61,095 nucleotides of DNA from Chiloscyllium plagiosum. Lineage: Eukaryota. The notes beneath the pieces are model-generated. The model was not told the origin of the DNA. It was given only the letters and a program-made list of their open reading frames with translations, and did not search any database. The stretch spans positions 10,472,589-10,533,683 of the forward strand of contig NC_057751.1 in NCBI RefSeq assembly GCF_004010195.1, in the 5' to 3' direction. Position numbers and translations under genes: made by a program. The stretch's first letter is position 1, and each line of letters starts with the position of its first letter. Of this stretch, positions 25,196 through 38,341 are shown piece by piece.

Positions 25196-28100
25196 GATTC
25201 TCCTTCTCCTTGGATGCTGCCTGACCTGCTGCGCTTTTCCAGCAACACATTTTTAAGCCCACATTCTCCCCGTGTCTGTGTGGGTTTCCTCCGGGTGCTT
25301 CGCTTTCCTCCCACAATCCAAAGATATCAGGTTCGGTGAATTGGCCATGCTAAATTATCCACAATGTTCAGGGGTGTGTAGGTTAGGTGCATTAATCAGA
25401 GGTAAATAAAGAGTAATAGGGTAAGGGAATGGATCTGGATGAGTTACTCTTTGGAGGGTCGGTGTGGACCAATGGCCTGTTTCCACACTGTAGGGATTCT
25501 ACGATCTTGCAATCATTTGGTATCACCTTTGCTGTCAGCCATACCTCTCAGGTCAGAACCATTGGCAAATTTTAAAGTTTTACTTTATATTCCAATATCC
25601 TTGTTATTTATGTTTATTAAAAAAATATAGGCCCTCGCATTGAGTTTCCAGAAACACAACTGTTTACCATCAGTTACCATGACTTGCTATTTTCTAGCCT
25701 TAAGCCAAGCTAACAATAACTCCTATTCCACGAGCCTCGACATTTTTAACCAGTCTTTTATGTGATATTGGTGAACAGCTTTCTTTGAATGTATGTAGGC
25801 AACATATTTTGTTTTCTCTGCATTATTCTTATCTATTACTTAATTAAAACTTTCAAATCGATTTGTCAGCAATGATCTACCTTTTACAAATCCATGATGA
25901 TTCTCCTACATTTACTGAAACCTCTCCAAATTCCTGTTGATTTTTAAAAATGTGATGGCTTTTTTTTCTAAAACCAGATCAACCACAGATATTAAACTGA
26001 CCAGATTACAGTTATTCAGAATGCATTTATGTTCTTTTTTGAATAACACTATCAGTTTTACCACATTGCAACCCTCTGGCACTTAACCCTCATATCCAGG
26101 AAAGATTGAAACATTACCTCCACTCTCACTTCCTTCAGCAACCTGAGTGTAAGCCATCCAGAACAGGCAACATATCTATTCTCAGCATATCCAGTCTCCA
26201 AGTGCATTCTTTCTATTGATTTTCACCCCATCTCACCTAACCTTGCTTCCACTGATAATTGCAAGCCTCCTCTTCCATGATCAACACACCCATACAAAGT
26301 TCTTCTTGCTTTGCCTTGCACTTCAAGCCTGTGTCACTCTGTTTGCCCTGATAGAAATCACTCCACTTCACACAACAAGCTGATTTGTTAGTCAAAGAAT
26401 TTTGGGTTTTGTTCTCTGAACTACCACTCTTTTCTCGTAACCTTTCTTTACCAATCATTTTCCTCTTTACATCTGCTGTCAACACAAGCGTGTTTGATCA
26501 GTTTCTTGTACAAAGAGTTTATCTAACATACATCATCTACATTTTCTTATTTTGTCAAGAATCCTAACTCCTTCATCACCCAAAGAGCATTGATTTGGAT
26601 TGTTCCAGATTACCCCTGTCAGAATATACCAAGCCTGTACCTGAAACATCCCTTCCTTAAAGATTATCCATTTTTCTCTCACATTTTTTCCTGTCAACCT
26701 TTGATTTCATTTTAGCTCGACCATATGCCCCCTCATTCTATTCAACGTAACCTCTTCCAGTTTACAAGTTCTGCTTTAGTTTCTTTCTGGGCTTCTCCAT
26801 TGTTAATCTAACTGACAATGATAAAATGAACGTGCATACCCAACATTCTCCCAGAAACATTTGGTCCAATTTGCATACACGTTTCCAAGCACGAAATCTC
26901 ATGATAATTATTGCATAATTTGGCTGGGCACATACAGTACAAAGACATTTTCCAGTATACATTCAGAAATTCCATTCCCTTCTTATCTTCTGTTCTGACA
27001 TTATCCCACTTTACATTTGGGCCTTCTGTAGCACTCTAATATTGTCATTCTAGAGCTTTTGCAGGAGTTCTTGTGATGCAGTGGTTAGTGTCCCCTAAAC
27101 TCAAAACCAGAAACTAGAGTTTCAAGTCCCACTCCAGGACCTGATAACCATGGAACATCTGTCTGTGACATGGCCCAAACTGTTGGTAATCAACCTGAAA
27201 ACATTTCTAATGGTCAGCGAAAGAGCAGGTCAGTGTCCAACCACACCTGAATTTCAGTAGTATCCTTCAAGCTATACTCTCTGGAGCCAACCTCTTCTGG
27301 GGAAGCAGCCATTTCTGCTGCATCTGCTACCCAGGCACAAAGAGAAAGGACAAAGAGATTCCTTTACGTCTCTTTAATGTTGTTGCAGATTTGCTCCTCA
27401 GCCACTCACAATTTGGAAGTTGACAGCATGTTCCCATTTGTACAGTTCAACTCTTTCTGGTTCTCAGCTCTTGACAAAATGGATCTTCTTTGCGTCCACC
27501 TGGTCATCTTCACAATCCAACAATACATTGTCTTCCTCAACAGCACTGCTACCCCACCCCCCTCCCACACCCCTCCTATTTCTTTCTTTCTCTTTTCTAA
27601 ACATGTTATTCCCTTGAATAATAAGCATCCAAACTCATGATTTTTAAAAGTTTCTACCTTTACCACTTTATCATATTCCCTGAGAAATATTATCGGGTTT
27701 ATAAAAAGGTTATGCTTTGGAACTGGGTTTTCAATTTCAAATAACTGAAGTCTGCTTGACAGCAGAAGTGAGTGGTTAAAGATCAAAAAGGGGTCCAGAT
27801 TGTCTCGCTGCAACAATAATGTCAAGTATTCATTGTTGGACATTATAGCTACAATCTCTGAGTTCACAATATTTATATATGTTGATTTGTTACTGGGTTG
27901 TAGGTGTTTACTGACCAGGCTAATATTTATTGCCTGAAGGATATTAATGTACCAGATGGGTATTTATGACAATTGACAGTCGCCATTAGACTAGCTTTTT
28001 AATCCAGATTTTTATTGAATTCAAGTATCACCATCTGCTTCTTAGAACATTAGCTGGGGCATTGGATTCCTCATTCAGTGGGCATTAGCACTGTATCACC

Positions 28101-28620
28101 ATCTCCCTTCTCAGTAGACTCAGTCTCCCAAAGTCCAAGAAAGGTGTTGAAAATGGGAGTACAGTTTTATAAATTGTCCGTTTATTTCCAAGATGAAGGT
28201 AACTTGGGATGAACAGCAGCTGACCAGCATTTCTATCTAATGCAAAGCTGTTGTATTTCCCTCTGACTTTGGAACATTGCAGAGGAAGCCCTTTTTTAGA
28301 GCAGGAAAGGCTTCGTTCAAAATCAATGACTTGTTGACACATAGCAGTCTTGTATGCTGAGCAGAGAGAGAGGAGCCTGTTTTTGGCTTCACCAGCTGCC
28401 ACAGGTTGGCAGCCAAAGGATACAGTTAAGATGAAATGACACAGTCTGCAACCATTGAAGGATTGTAGGAGATCTGACTGGAGTAGGAGAATCATCAGAA
28501 AAGGCATTTTATAGTGGATGATGGATTTAACAAGTCTCAGAGAATGATCAAAAGCACCCGGAGATGATCACTCAATTGCCCATGATTTCTTCACAGTGAA
28601 TTGAAATGTATCAACTCATT

Positions 28621-30270
28621 TTTAGAAGGAAGCATATGTCAGGTATAGACAGGATAGATTGAGTGAATCCTTTGAAGAGTAGAAAGAAAGTAGGAGTATA
28701 CTTAAGAGGGAAATCAGGAGGGGAAAATGGGGACATGAGATAGCTTTGGCAAATAGAATTAAGGAGAATCCAAAGGGTTTTTACAAATATATTAAGGACA
28801 AAAGGGTAACTAGGAAGAGAATAGTGTCCCTCAAAGATCAGCAAGGCGGCCTTAGTGTGGAGCCACAGAAAATGGGGGAGATACTAAATGAATATTTTGC
28901 ATCAGTATTTACTGTGGAAAAGGATATGGAAGATATAGACTGTAGGGAAATAGATGGTGACATCTTGCAAAATGTCCAGATTACAGAGGAGNNNNNNNNN
29001 NNNNNNNNNNNNNNNNNNNNNNNNNNNNNNNNNNNNNNNNNNNNNNNNNNNNNNNNNNNNNNNNNNNNNNNNNNNNNNNNNNNNNNNNNNNNNNNNNNNN
29101 NNNNNNNNNNNNNNNNNNNNNNNNNNNNNNNNNNNNNNNNNNNNNNNNNNNNNNNNNNNNNNNNNNNNNNNNNNNNNNNNNNNNNNNNNNNNNNNNNNNN
29201 NNNNNNNNNNNNNNNNNNNNNNNNNNNNNNNNNNNNNNNNNNNNNNNNNNNNNNNNNNNNNNNNNNNNNNNNNNNNNNNNNNNNNNNNNNNNNNNNNNNN
29301 NNNNNNNNNNNNNNNNNNNNNNNNNNNNNNNNNNNNNNNNNNNNNNNNNNNNNNNNNNNNNNNNNNNNNNNNNNNNNNNNNNNNNNNNNNNNNNNNNNNN
29401 NNNNNNNNNNNNNNNNNNNNNNNNNNNNNNNNNNNNNNNNNNNNNNNNNNNNNNNNNNNNNNNNNNNNNNNNNNNNNNNNNNNNNNNNNNNNNNNNNNNN
29501 NNNNNNNNNNNNNNNNNNNNNNNNNNNNNNNNNNNNNNNNNNNNNNNNNNNNNNNNNNNNNNNNNNNNNNNNNNNNNNNNNNNNNNNNNNNNNNNNNNNN
29601 NNNNNNNNNNNNNNNNNNNNNNNNNNNNNNNNNNNNNNNNNNNNNNNNNNNNNNNNNNNNNNNNNNNNNNNNNNNNNNNNNNTCAGAGTATTGAGTACAG
29701 GAGTTGGGAGGTCATGTTGCGGCTGTACAGGACATTGGTTAGGCCACTGTTGGAATATTGCGTGCAATTCTGGTCTCCTTCCTATCGGAAAGATGTTGTG
29801 AAACATGAAAGGGTTCAGAAAAGATTTACAAGGATGTTGCCAGGGTTGGAGGATCTGAGCTATAGGGAGAGGCTGAACAGGTTGAGGCTGTTTTCCCTGC
29901 AGCATCAGAGGCTGAGGGGTGACCTTATAGAGGTTTACAAAATTATGAGGGGCATGGTTAGGATAAATAGACAAAGTCTTTTCCCTGGGGTCGGGGAGTC
30001 CAGAACTAGAGGGCATAGGTTTAAGGTGAGAGGGGAAAGATTTAACTTGTTCAAGCAGAGGTTGGTATGTGTGTGGAATGAGCTGCCAGAGGATATGGTG
30101 GAGGCTGGTACAATTGCAACATTTAAAAGGCATTTGGGAGGGTATATGAATAGGAAGGGTTTGGAGGGATATGGGCCAGGTGCTGGGACTAGATTGGGGT
30201 GGGATATCTGGTCGGCATGGACGGGTTGGACCGAAGGGCCTGTTTCCATGCTGTACATCTCTAAGATTCT
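28621..30270 (+). mobile_element. Young CR1 LINE spanning an assembly gap
   Basis: ANRIKENPKGFYKYIK...LNEYFASVFT before the gap; LYRTLVRPLLEYCVQFWSP...RGHRFKV and the tail after it. Confidence 0.93.
28992..29682. other. Assembly gap (N run)
   Basis: Run of N. Confidence 1.
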
Positions 30271-32639
30271 ATTTTGATGTGTGCAACTGTGACATAAATT
30301 ATAACTGACACACTGGTATGTCATCTAATTTCAAAAATATACGATTGACAAGAATAAAAGGCTGATATTCATCCATGAGTGAACTTGTAAAATAATCCAC
30401 AAAAGCCTTGTGGAGTTACCAGTCTCTTCACCAAAGTTTTTGTATCCTCTATTGTTCAGTCTTTGAAGGAAATTATGAGACAAAACTGTTTCATACAGTA
30501 CCTCTTGTACCCTTTTCACTGCTCTTGTCAGTTCATGACTAATTTAAAAACTGACATGGCTGCATTCCAACACGTACTGCCAGTGAACTCTTCCAATGCT
30601 GACTCTGGCTTTAAATTGTGTCGGAACACCAAGTATCCTCAAGAGGAGAATAGATTTAGGTGGGGTTACCTGGATCTAATCTACAGCAAGGCGTAGTTCA
30701 ATGAAAGCAATGAATGAGAAGGGACAAGACACCCAAAACAACAAATCTTACTACCAACATGAGAAGATCAAAAGAAATGAAAATCTTTTCTGCATGGTGC
30801 ACTGTGACAAAATTGTTCTTTTTAAGTTGTTTTAACAACCTACATCAGAGCGAGCAAAAATACTTTTCTGACAGTCAGTCTTTCATGTAGATCTGTTGTG
30901 CAACAAGTTTGAAACACATTTCAGTTTGTGAGTGTTTTGAGGTGTGTCCGATCCAATTTCGCCTCAAGGTATTTTCTCATCTCACAACAGCCACTTATAT
31001 TTGCATAGCAACTTTTCAGTTGTCAGGTATCCTCAGTCATTTCACAGAAGCAATATCAATCAACATTTAACCCTGAAAAACATCAAGAGGTATGAGGGCT
31101 GATACTGAAAAGCTTGGCTGAAGAGGTAGGCTAAGAGTCAGAATTCCAGAGGTTAAGGCACAGTCACCAACAGTGGAGCAACTCAAATTTGCGATGATGA
31201 AAAGGCTAGAATCAGAGAAGTGCAGATGACTTAGTGAATTGCTTGGCTGGAGTGATTACGGTAGTATGGAGAGGGGTGGTGTTGGAGAAATAATAAACAA
31301 TCGTGAGAGTTTTAACACTGGATTTCAAATTAGCAATGTACTAATGTAGAGCAGCAAACACATGGGTAAGAGCTAAACAGGATGAGATTTAAGGTAGGAA
31401 AAGGGCAGAAGAATTTTATAAAATCTGACACTTATGGAGGGTACAAAATGGCAGTGTAACCAAGATGGCTTTGGAATTGCCAAGTCTCCAGAAAAAAAAA
31501 TCATGGATAACAAAGGTGCAGAGTTGGTGAATATTATGATGGTTGTGTTGATGATGGAATAGTTCAGCTCAGCATCCAATTCACCAAAATTGTGAACAGT
31601 ATAATCAGCTTCAAACAACTGCCATCTGAACCAATACCTAGAGCTACAGACTCAATTGGCCATACAAAATTCCCCTGTCTTGTCCAGGAATGTGCAGATT
31701 GGGTAGATTAGCCACAGTAAATATGCTCTGACATGGATACAGTGGGGGAGCTGAATCTGGTTGGGATGCTGTTCAGACAGTCAGTGTCTGAATGGCTTCT
31801 TTGTGTACTAGAAATTCTATGAATTGCGAGAAAAAGGTATAGATTGATGGAGCGGGAACAGAATTTGGAAAGGGGAACAAAGATAATGACCTTGTCAATA
31901 ATTAAATCCAAGATTCATAATCCACGCCATTCTAGCCTAACTTTTTCTTATATCTGAATATCACATTATTGATTGCTAGAATAGTTAGAAAACCCCTCAA
32001 TTATCAATTTTGCTTAATCCAAAGTCAAACAATAAACAAAATACTACCATTTTTAGAATGAAACATTCAACAATCAGTTGTCCTTTCCGAGACTCTTCTG
32101 CAATTGCAAAGTTTCCTCTGCCAGTTCCACAAAGACACAACGTTGATAGCTTCTCACCTCAGCTCTTGCTCAACTGTTTGTGATTTTAAATCCAATAGGT
32201 AGTGAAATAAGTTATTGTTCAGTTAGTACTTTGCATAGGTTCCGTTCAGCAAATGAGCACCTGGGAAGTAGCTCCAGCCCTGATCTAACTGGTGATACTT
32301 TCAAAGATTATCAAAGGCATTTGGAGAAGAGCAATTAAACAAAATAATGTAAATTCTAGAAATTGGCAACTAAGATATAAAATAAACTGGAAATAATCAG
32401 CATATCTGACAGCATCACCAGAGAAACAGAATTTGAAGTTATTTGCTCTGACAAATTTCCTCAGAATTAGAATATGTTGCAGATGAAAAGAATTAAAAGA
32501 GAATGCTAGCATTTATATAGCACCTTGAAAACAGGAAAAATGTTCACTGTGTTTCACAGAACTATAAGTGCACAGAGTCAAATGAGGATATTTTAGAGAG
32601 GGTGTCAAAAGGTTTGGCCAAAGAGTTTGAAACAGAGAA

Positions 32640-32840
32640 TGTGGAATTGACTTCCAGAGGATGTGGTGGATGTGAGTGTAGTTATATTTAAAAGACATTT
32701 GGATAAGTATAGGAATAAGAAATGTTTGGAGGGATGTGGGCCAAATGTAGGCAGATGGGACTGGTTTAGTTTGGGATTATTGGTCAGCATGGATTGGTTG
32801 GACTGAAGGGTCTGTTTCCATGCTGTATGACTATGACTCA
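32640..32840 (+). mobile_element. CR1 3' tail fragment
   Basis: atttaaaagacatttggataagtat...gactgaagggtctgtttccatgctgtatgactatgact. Confidence 0.8.
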
Positions 32841-33131
32841 ATAAGTACAATTTAATATGGGTCTTAAAAGAGGTCAGAATAATTTTGAGTAAAACATCCA
32901 GGGCTTTTGGGCTGAGACAGTTTGGGACATGGCAGGCAATGGAGGAATTGAGGACGGCGAGAATGCATGAGAGGTACAAGTTGAATGAATGTGTAAGGTT
33001 GAGAATTATAAATTTGAACCATTGATGGAATGGAGAGCTGATGAAAAACTGGAAAAAAGAGCATAAGTAGGCTGTATGCCCTGCCATTTGTGGCTGATCC
33101 TGTGCCTTAACTCTGTTTTCCTGTCCACTGC

Positions 33132-33518
33132 TGAAAATGTGTTGCTGGAAAAGCACAGCAGGTCAGGCAGCATCCAAGGAGCAGGAGAATCGACGTTTCG
33201 GGCATAAGCCCTTCTTCAGGAATGAGGAAAGTGTGTCAATCGGGCTAAGATAAAAGGTAGGGAGGAGGGACTTGGGGGAGGGGCGTTGGAAATGCGATAG
33301 ATGGAAGGAGGTTACGGTGAGGGTGACGCCCCTCCCCCAAGTCCCTCCTCCCTACCTTTTATCTTAGCCCGCTTGGCACACTTTCCTCATTCCTGGAGAA
33401 GGGCTCATGCCCGAAACATCGATTCTCCTTCTCCTTGGATGCTGCCTGACCTGCTGCACTTTTCCAGCAACACATTTTCAGCTCTGATCTCCAGCATCTG
33501 CAGTCCTCACTTTCTCCT
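33132..33518. mobile_element. Penelope family-A mini fold-back element with 14-bp TSD
   Basis: Arms about 33130-33286 and 33326-33482, tail to 33518; TSD ttcctgtccactgc at 33118-33131 and 33519-33532. Confidence 0.92.
33192..33219 (-). ncRNA. Minimal hammerhead ribozyme motif (the + strand partner at 33393-33420 has a mutated core, CTGGAGA)
   Basis: Minus strand CTGAAGA-A-GGGC-TTAT-GCCC-GAAAC-GTC. Confidence 0.68.
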
Positions 33519-33999
33519 TTCCTGTCCACTGCCAGACTCCCTGAGGCACCAGAACACTTGGTGTATCCTATCCCAAATAAACCTGCTGCCAATCACCCCC
33601 AGGACTGTAATTGTTCAAGAAAGCAACTCACTATCACCTTTTTAAGGGCAGTTTCAAACAGGTAGTAAATGCTATTTAGCCAGTGGCACACATATCCCAT
33701 GAAGGAATCCATTTTTTAAAAACCCTGAGAGATTGAGAATTCCAAGATTCACAGCCATTTAAGTGAAATTATTTTGGGACTAAATTGTGCACCAGTGTTT
33801 TCGATTCCCTGATGCTATGTCAGCATCTATCCTATTAAACATGCAGTTCTTAATGCATGGCTGAGTTCCAATGATGACTAATCAATCTGGCAAACAATGT
33901 TTGGACAGACTGCAGGGGAATGAGAACTTGGTTTGATATACATGTCTATTCCTTTATAATTACAAAGTACTTCTTTGATGTATTTTAGTGTTAACAATG

Positions 34000-34390
34000 A
34001 AAATGGTGACCTTTTGAGAAAGTTTGTTTTTTTAACATGTTCCAGGGTCTCCCATTCAACATTGTTGGGAGATAAAATATTTGATCAAGTCTAGGTTGAT
34101 CTGAATTCTGTTTAATATTCACGGATAGTCCGAGTCTCATTTTGATTGATAAAAGAGATTGAGAGTGGCCTGCAAGACTGTTGCAGTGTTAATAATAACA
34201 TTGCAATCATCAGCAAACTGTAGGTGCTGTATGTATTTGGTCACTTTAGGTATGGCACAGAGGTGACTAAGGTTCAAAGGTTGGTGAAATGTAACACTCA
34301 AACCACATGGCAGGTGATCTTTGCATTGAGTAACCAACATCAGGTTGATTGTAAATAGAATGGAGGCAGGTATGCAGCCTTGATTTTCAC
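34000..34390 (-). mobile_element. RTE-clade LINE RT relic
   Basis: LNLSHL.A..KVTK..QHLQFADDC and an upstream QGC-type motif (ORF 34137..34340). Confidence 0.6.
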
Positions 34391-35841
34391 AGGTTCAGAT
34401 TTTGAAGGGAGAATGGGAGATAGGAATGGACCGTGTGGATTTGGAGTGAAAGTGGGGACTGAAACGACATGGGAATTGGTGGGGGGTGGGGAACGAGGTC
34501 ATGAGGCCTTGTGAACCTCGGGCTCGGCCAGTAAACATAGGATGGCCTTTTCATCTGGTTTCCCACAGCACCCTCACTCCCACCTCCCAGGATCAAACAT
34601 TGGCTGGGATTGGCCTCTCTCCTGCAGAAAAGAACTTTGCCATCTTCTTGGCAAAAAATAGGCCTCATTCCATGTCACTCCTTTCCCATTTCTCAGAAAT
34701 TATAGGCTGTGTTTCACGTTGTTATCACTTACTGCTCAAGGTAATTGGAAGGTATAATTGTTTCAAATATATAAGACCCGAAGGCTTAGCAGAGAGATGC
34801 TATCTTTTGAAAAAGCATTGAGAATAATGAAACATTGGAAAGGTACAAGGGACACAAAGATCAGTTTGGGAGTAGAGCAATTAAAATGCCAATCTAATAA
34901 TTCTTGAGATGTGTCAGGCAAGCACTGATTGCTGATTTTAATTGCCTTGAAGATGCTGGTGAGCTTCCTTCTTACATGGTGTTGTACACATTGTGAAGGT
35001 TTATGTGGTCACTGGGGTTTCATAACTTTTCATCTAGCCATGTTGAAGAGTGATTTATCTCCCTGTTAGAATGGGGCGTGCAATTCAGAAAAACTTGCAA
35101 GAAATGTTTTCTTCTCTTACTAGTGGTTAAGTCAGTCGGGGTGTGTATCTGTCTGTGTGTGCTGTCGCAAATGCTTTAGGTGCACCTTTGTAGAAGCACA
35201 CGTCAGTCATGTCCCACAGCTGTTCAAGGTGGTGGCTGGGGTTCTGATCACATGTCCAGGAATTTGGGGTTACACTTCTGAATCAAATGGTGATAGGAAG
35301 CAAAGCAAACTTCATTGAAACATCAAGGGCATGAGTCTGTTACAAACATTAACCTCCCATCCAAGGACTTTTTGTGGGCTAGAAGTGTTGTGATACAGGG
35401 AGCTGATACTTCTCTTTATAAAATGCACCAAGTTATGATCTGAAACACAGAGACTGATATGGTGGTTGAAGCCAAATCAATATTAAGTTTTGAGGAGCAA
35501 GTTAGAAGCATGTGTCAACAGCAAAAATAGCAAACAGTTGTTGAATAATAAATGCCATGAGGAGGACTAATGAACGATGTCTTACAAAATGCCAGCACAG
35601 AAGAGACTAGCGCAGAAAGCCTAATGGCCTCCTTGTGTGCTGTATGATTCTTGAAATCTCTTTGATTTCCTCACTGTACCATAAGCAGGCACAGAATTTA
35701 TTCAGTAGACATGTCTTGTGTCCATTTTGCTTGCCTGGTCAGATAAGATGGCAGGGTTGATTGGGGGAAATAAATATGAGATGGAAATGTGTTGCTGGAA
35801 AAGCGCAGCAGGTCAAGCAGCATCTAGGGAACAGGAGAATC

Positions 35842-35869
35842 GACGTTTCGGGCATTAGCCCTTCTTCAG
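35842..35869 (-). ncRNA. Minimal hammerhead ribozyme motif
   Basis: Minus strand CTGAAGA-A-GGGC-TAAT-GCCC-GAAAC-GTC. Confidence 0.7.
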
Positions 35870-35967
35870 GAATGAGGACAGTTTGTCCAGCAGGCTAAGA
35901 TAAAAGATAGGGAGGAGGGACTTGGGGGAGGGGCGTCGGAAATGTGATAGGTGGAAAAAGGTCAAGG

Positions 35968-36696
35968 NNNNNNNNNNNNNNNNNNNNNNNNNNNNNNNNN
36001 NNNNNNNNNNNNNNNNNNNNNNNNNNNNNNNNNNNNNNNNNNNNNNNNNNNNNNNNNNNNNNNNNNNNNNNNNNNNNNNNNNNNNNNNNNNNNNNNNNNN
36101 NNNNNNNNNNNNNNNNNNNNNNNNNNNNNNNNNNNNNNNNNNNNNNNNNNNNNNNNNNNNNNNNNNNNNNNNNNNNNNNNNNNNNNNNNNNNNNNNNNNN
36201 NNNNNNNNNNNNNNNNNNNNNNNNNNNNNNNNNNNNNNNNNNNNNNNNNNNNNNNNNNNNNNNNNNNNNNNNNNNNNNNNNNNNNNNNNNNNNNNNNNNN
36301 NNNNNNNNNNNNNNNNNNNNNNNNNNNNNNNNNNNNNNNNNNNNNNNNNNNNNNNNNNNNNNNNNNNNNNNNNNNNNNNNNNNNNNNNNNNNNNNNNNNN
36401 NNNNNNNNNNNNNNNNNNNNNNNNNNNNNNNNNNNNNNNNNNNNNNNNNNNNNNNNNNNNNNNNNNNNNNNNNNNNNNNNNNNNNNNNNNNNNNNNNNNN
36501 NNNNNNNNNNNNNNNNNNNNNNNNNNNNNNNNNNNNNNNNNNNNNNNNNNNNNNNNNNNNNNNNNNNNNNNNNNNNNNNNNNNNNNNNNNNNNNNNNNNN
36601 NNNNNNNNNNNNNNNNNNNNNNNNNNNNNNNNNNNNNNNNNNNNNNNNNNNNNNNNNNNNNNNNNNNNNNNNNNNNNNNNNNNNNNNNNNNNNNNN
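35968..36696. other. Assembly gap (N run)
   Basis: Run of N. Confidence 1.
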
Positions 36697-36962
36697 CTAG
36701 GAATCCTCCAACCACAAGGGATGAACTCGGGTTTCACCAGTTTCCTCATTTCCCCTCCCCCCACCTTGTCTCAGTCAAATCCATCGAATTCAGCACCGCC
36801 TTCCTAACCTGCAATCTTCTTCCCGACCTCTCCGCCCCCACCCCCGTCTGACCTATCACCCTCACCTTGACCTCTTTCCACCTATCACATTTCCCACGCC
36901 CTTCCCCCAAGTCCCTCCTCCCTATCTTTTATCTTAGCCTGCTGGACAAACTGTCCTCATTC

Positions 36963-36990
36963 CTGAAGAAGGGCTAATGCCCGAAACGTC
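36963..36990 (+). ncRNA. Minimal hammerhead ribozyme motif
   Basis: CTGAAGA-A-GGGC-TAAT-GCCC-GAAAC-GTC. Confidence 0.7.
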
Positions 36991-37258
36991 GATTCTCCTG
37001 TTCCCTAGATGCTGCCTGACCTGCTGCGCTTTTCCAGCAACACATTTCCATCTCTGATCTCCAGCATCTGCAGACCTCAGTTTCTCCTCGGAAATAAATA
37101 TGAATACTGTTGAGGCAACAGTCCCTCCCTAAAGCAAAAAGGAAATAGATACACCTTGTTGGAGGAGGAACAGAGACCATTGCGATGCATCTTTTGCAAA
37201 AGGTGAAATAGTATGCAAGATACGCGACTTATGTTGAATTGAAAATAGCTGATTGGAT

Positions 37259-37880
37259 ATTGTGGTCGGAGCATTCCTTTACTTTGCTCTTTGGATGATG
37301 CCCTTTAACAAGGTTGCATTGTCTTTGGATTTTTTCAAAAGTGTTGTATGTGGCGGAGTTGCCAAAATGTCTGGGTTGATCTACTTGAAGAAGATTTTAC
37401 ATTAAAAAAAACACTTGTACAATGAAAGGGGAGTTCTCCCAACTCAGCTTTTCTCTGGTCTGGTTTGGTTTGAGTAAGTGTTTTTTGTTTTTTTGAAGCT
37501 GCTGGTCAAAGAATCAGCTGCATGAAAGAAGGTGTTCCATGCCGAATCTCTGCCATATCTCTCTCCAGTAAGATCCTGTGTTTGATTTTAATGTTTTTTG
37601 CCAATGTGTGTTTATGGGAATTGTTGCAAGAATTTGGAACTGCACCATTGAGTTGAGATAATCTGTTGGGTTTTTGGTTTGGTTAATTTATTCTGTATTT
37701 TGTTCTCTTGTGTTTGTGCTTTATTCAGTACTCTGTAAATACATTCTGTTTTGTTGAAAACTGAGGCGCTTTGACCAGCTGCATCACCCCTGGAATGTCC
37801 ACATTACACCTTCTCAAAACGACAAGAAAAGTTAGGGTCAGGGCTACCTTCTTAATGTGTTTTGGAGGGATCTGATCTGG
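37259..37880. mobile_element. Possible solo-LTR-type repeat
   Basis: Non-coding; the right end (ttagggtcagggctaccttcttaat...ggagggatctgatctgg) resembles a shark LTR-like repeat as recalled. Termini and TSD not resolved. Confidence 0.35.
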
Positions 37881-38341
37881 AGGGATCGGTTTTGCCTTGT
37901 TAAAAAAACAAGAAGTAAGCTTTCCACTCGACTAACTGGAGATAAGGTATTCTTTTTACAGAGTAGGAACATATCAATTGAGGTTTAGCATTAGTATTAA
38001 TGGAGTAAGTATTAATGTAGGACAGGGCACAGAATTCCTTCAGGTATTGCAAATATTTAGATTGTAAAAGCAGTCAGTCAAACAGTAGTCAAGCAAAAGA
38101 AAGCAGTAAAGCACATTGGGCTGAATACTATAGTTTATTTTGGCAAAATACAAGTTGTGTTGAGCTTTTGGGAGATATACTTCTCGTCACAAGGCCCAGA
38201 GACATTCCTTGCTGTATCTTAGCAAATACACCTCCTGAACCAACTATCCCACCTCAGGAGCATCTCTCCTGTCTGACACCATCCCCACCTTGCCTTGCAA
38301 TAGATTAACTTGCCAATTACTGAATATCCATCAAAAGATCA

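Larger units (their letters stand above)
25029..25259. mobile_element. Penelope family-A mini fold-back element (96-bp arms, 2-nt loop, 36-nt tail, 14-bp TSD)
   Basis: Arms 25065-25160 and 25163-25258 with 2 mismatches; TSD cacattctccccgt at 25015-25028 and 25260-25273. Confidence 0.92.
24936..25500 (+). mobile_element. tRNA-derived SINE interrupted by a Penelope mini-palindrome
   Basis: cagtggttagcactgctgcctcacagtgccagggacccgggttcgattccc; the body resumes at 25260. Confidence 0.88.
24090..27080 (-). mobile_element. Old degenerate CR1 LINE, interrupted by a SINE
   Basis: Minus-strand ALEYC..F.SP and ESVQR.LTRMVP remnants (ORF 24468..24740); RT-region remnants at 25510-26100. Confidence 0.6.
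35780..37089. mobile_element. Penelope family-A fold-back element spanning a gap, 14-bp TSD
   Basis: 35780-35967 is a near-exact reverse complement of about 36865-37053; GIY-YIG end LG.LQPQGMN..F after the gap; TSD ggaaataaatatga at 35766 and 37090. Confidence 0.92.

Noticed and set aside
28746..30133. Long ORFs of 246-431 aa
   Set aside because: Artefacts of translating through the N gap; the real parts are CR1 ORF2.
35855..36851. Long ORFs of 249-309 aa
   Set aside because: They span the N gap inside a Penelope element.
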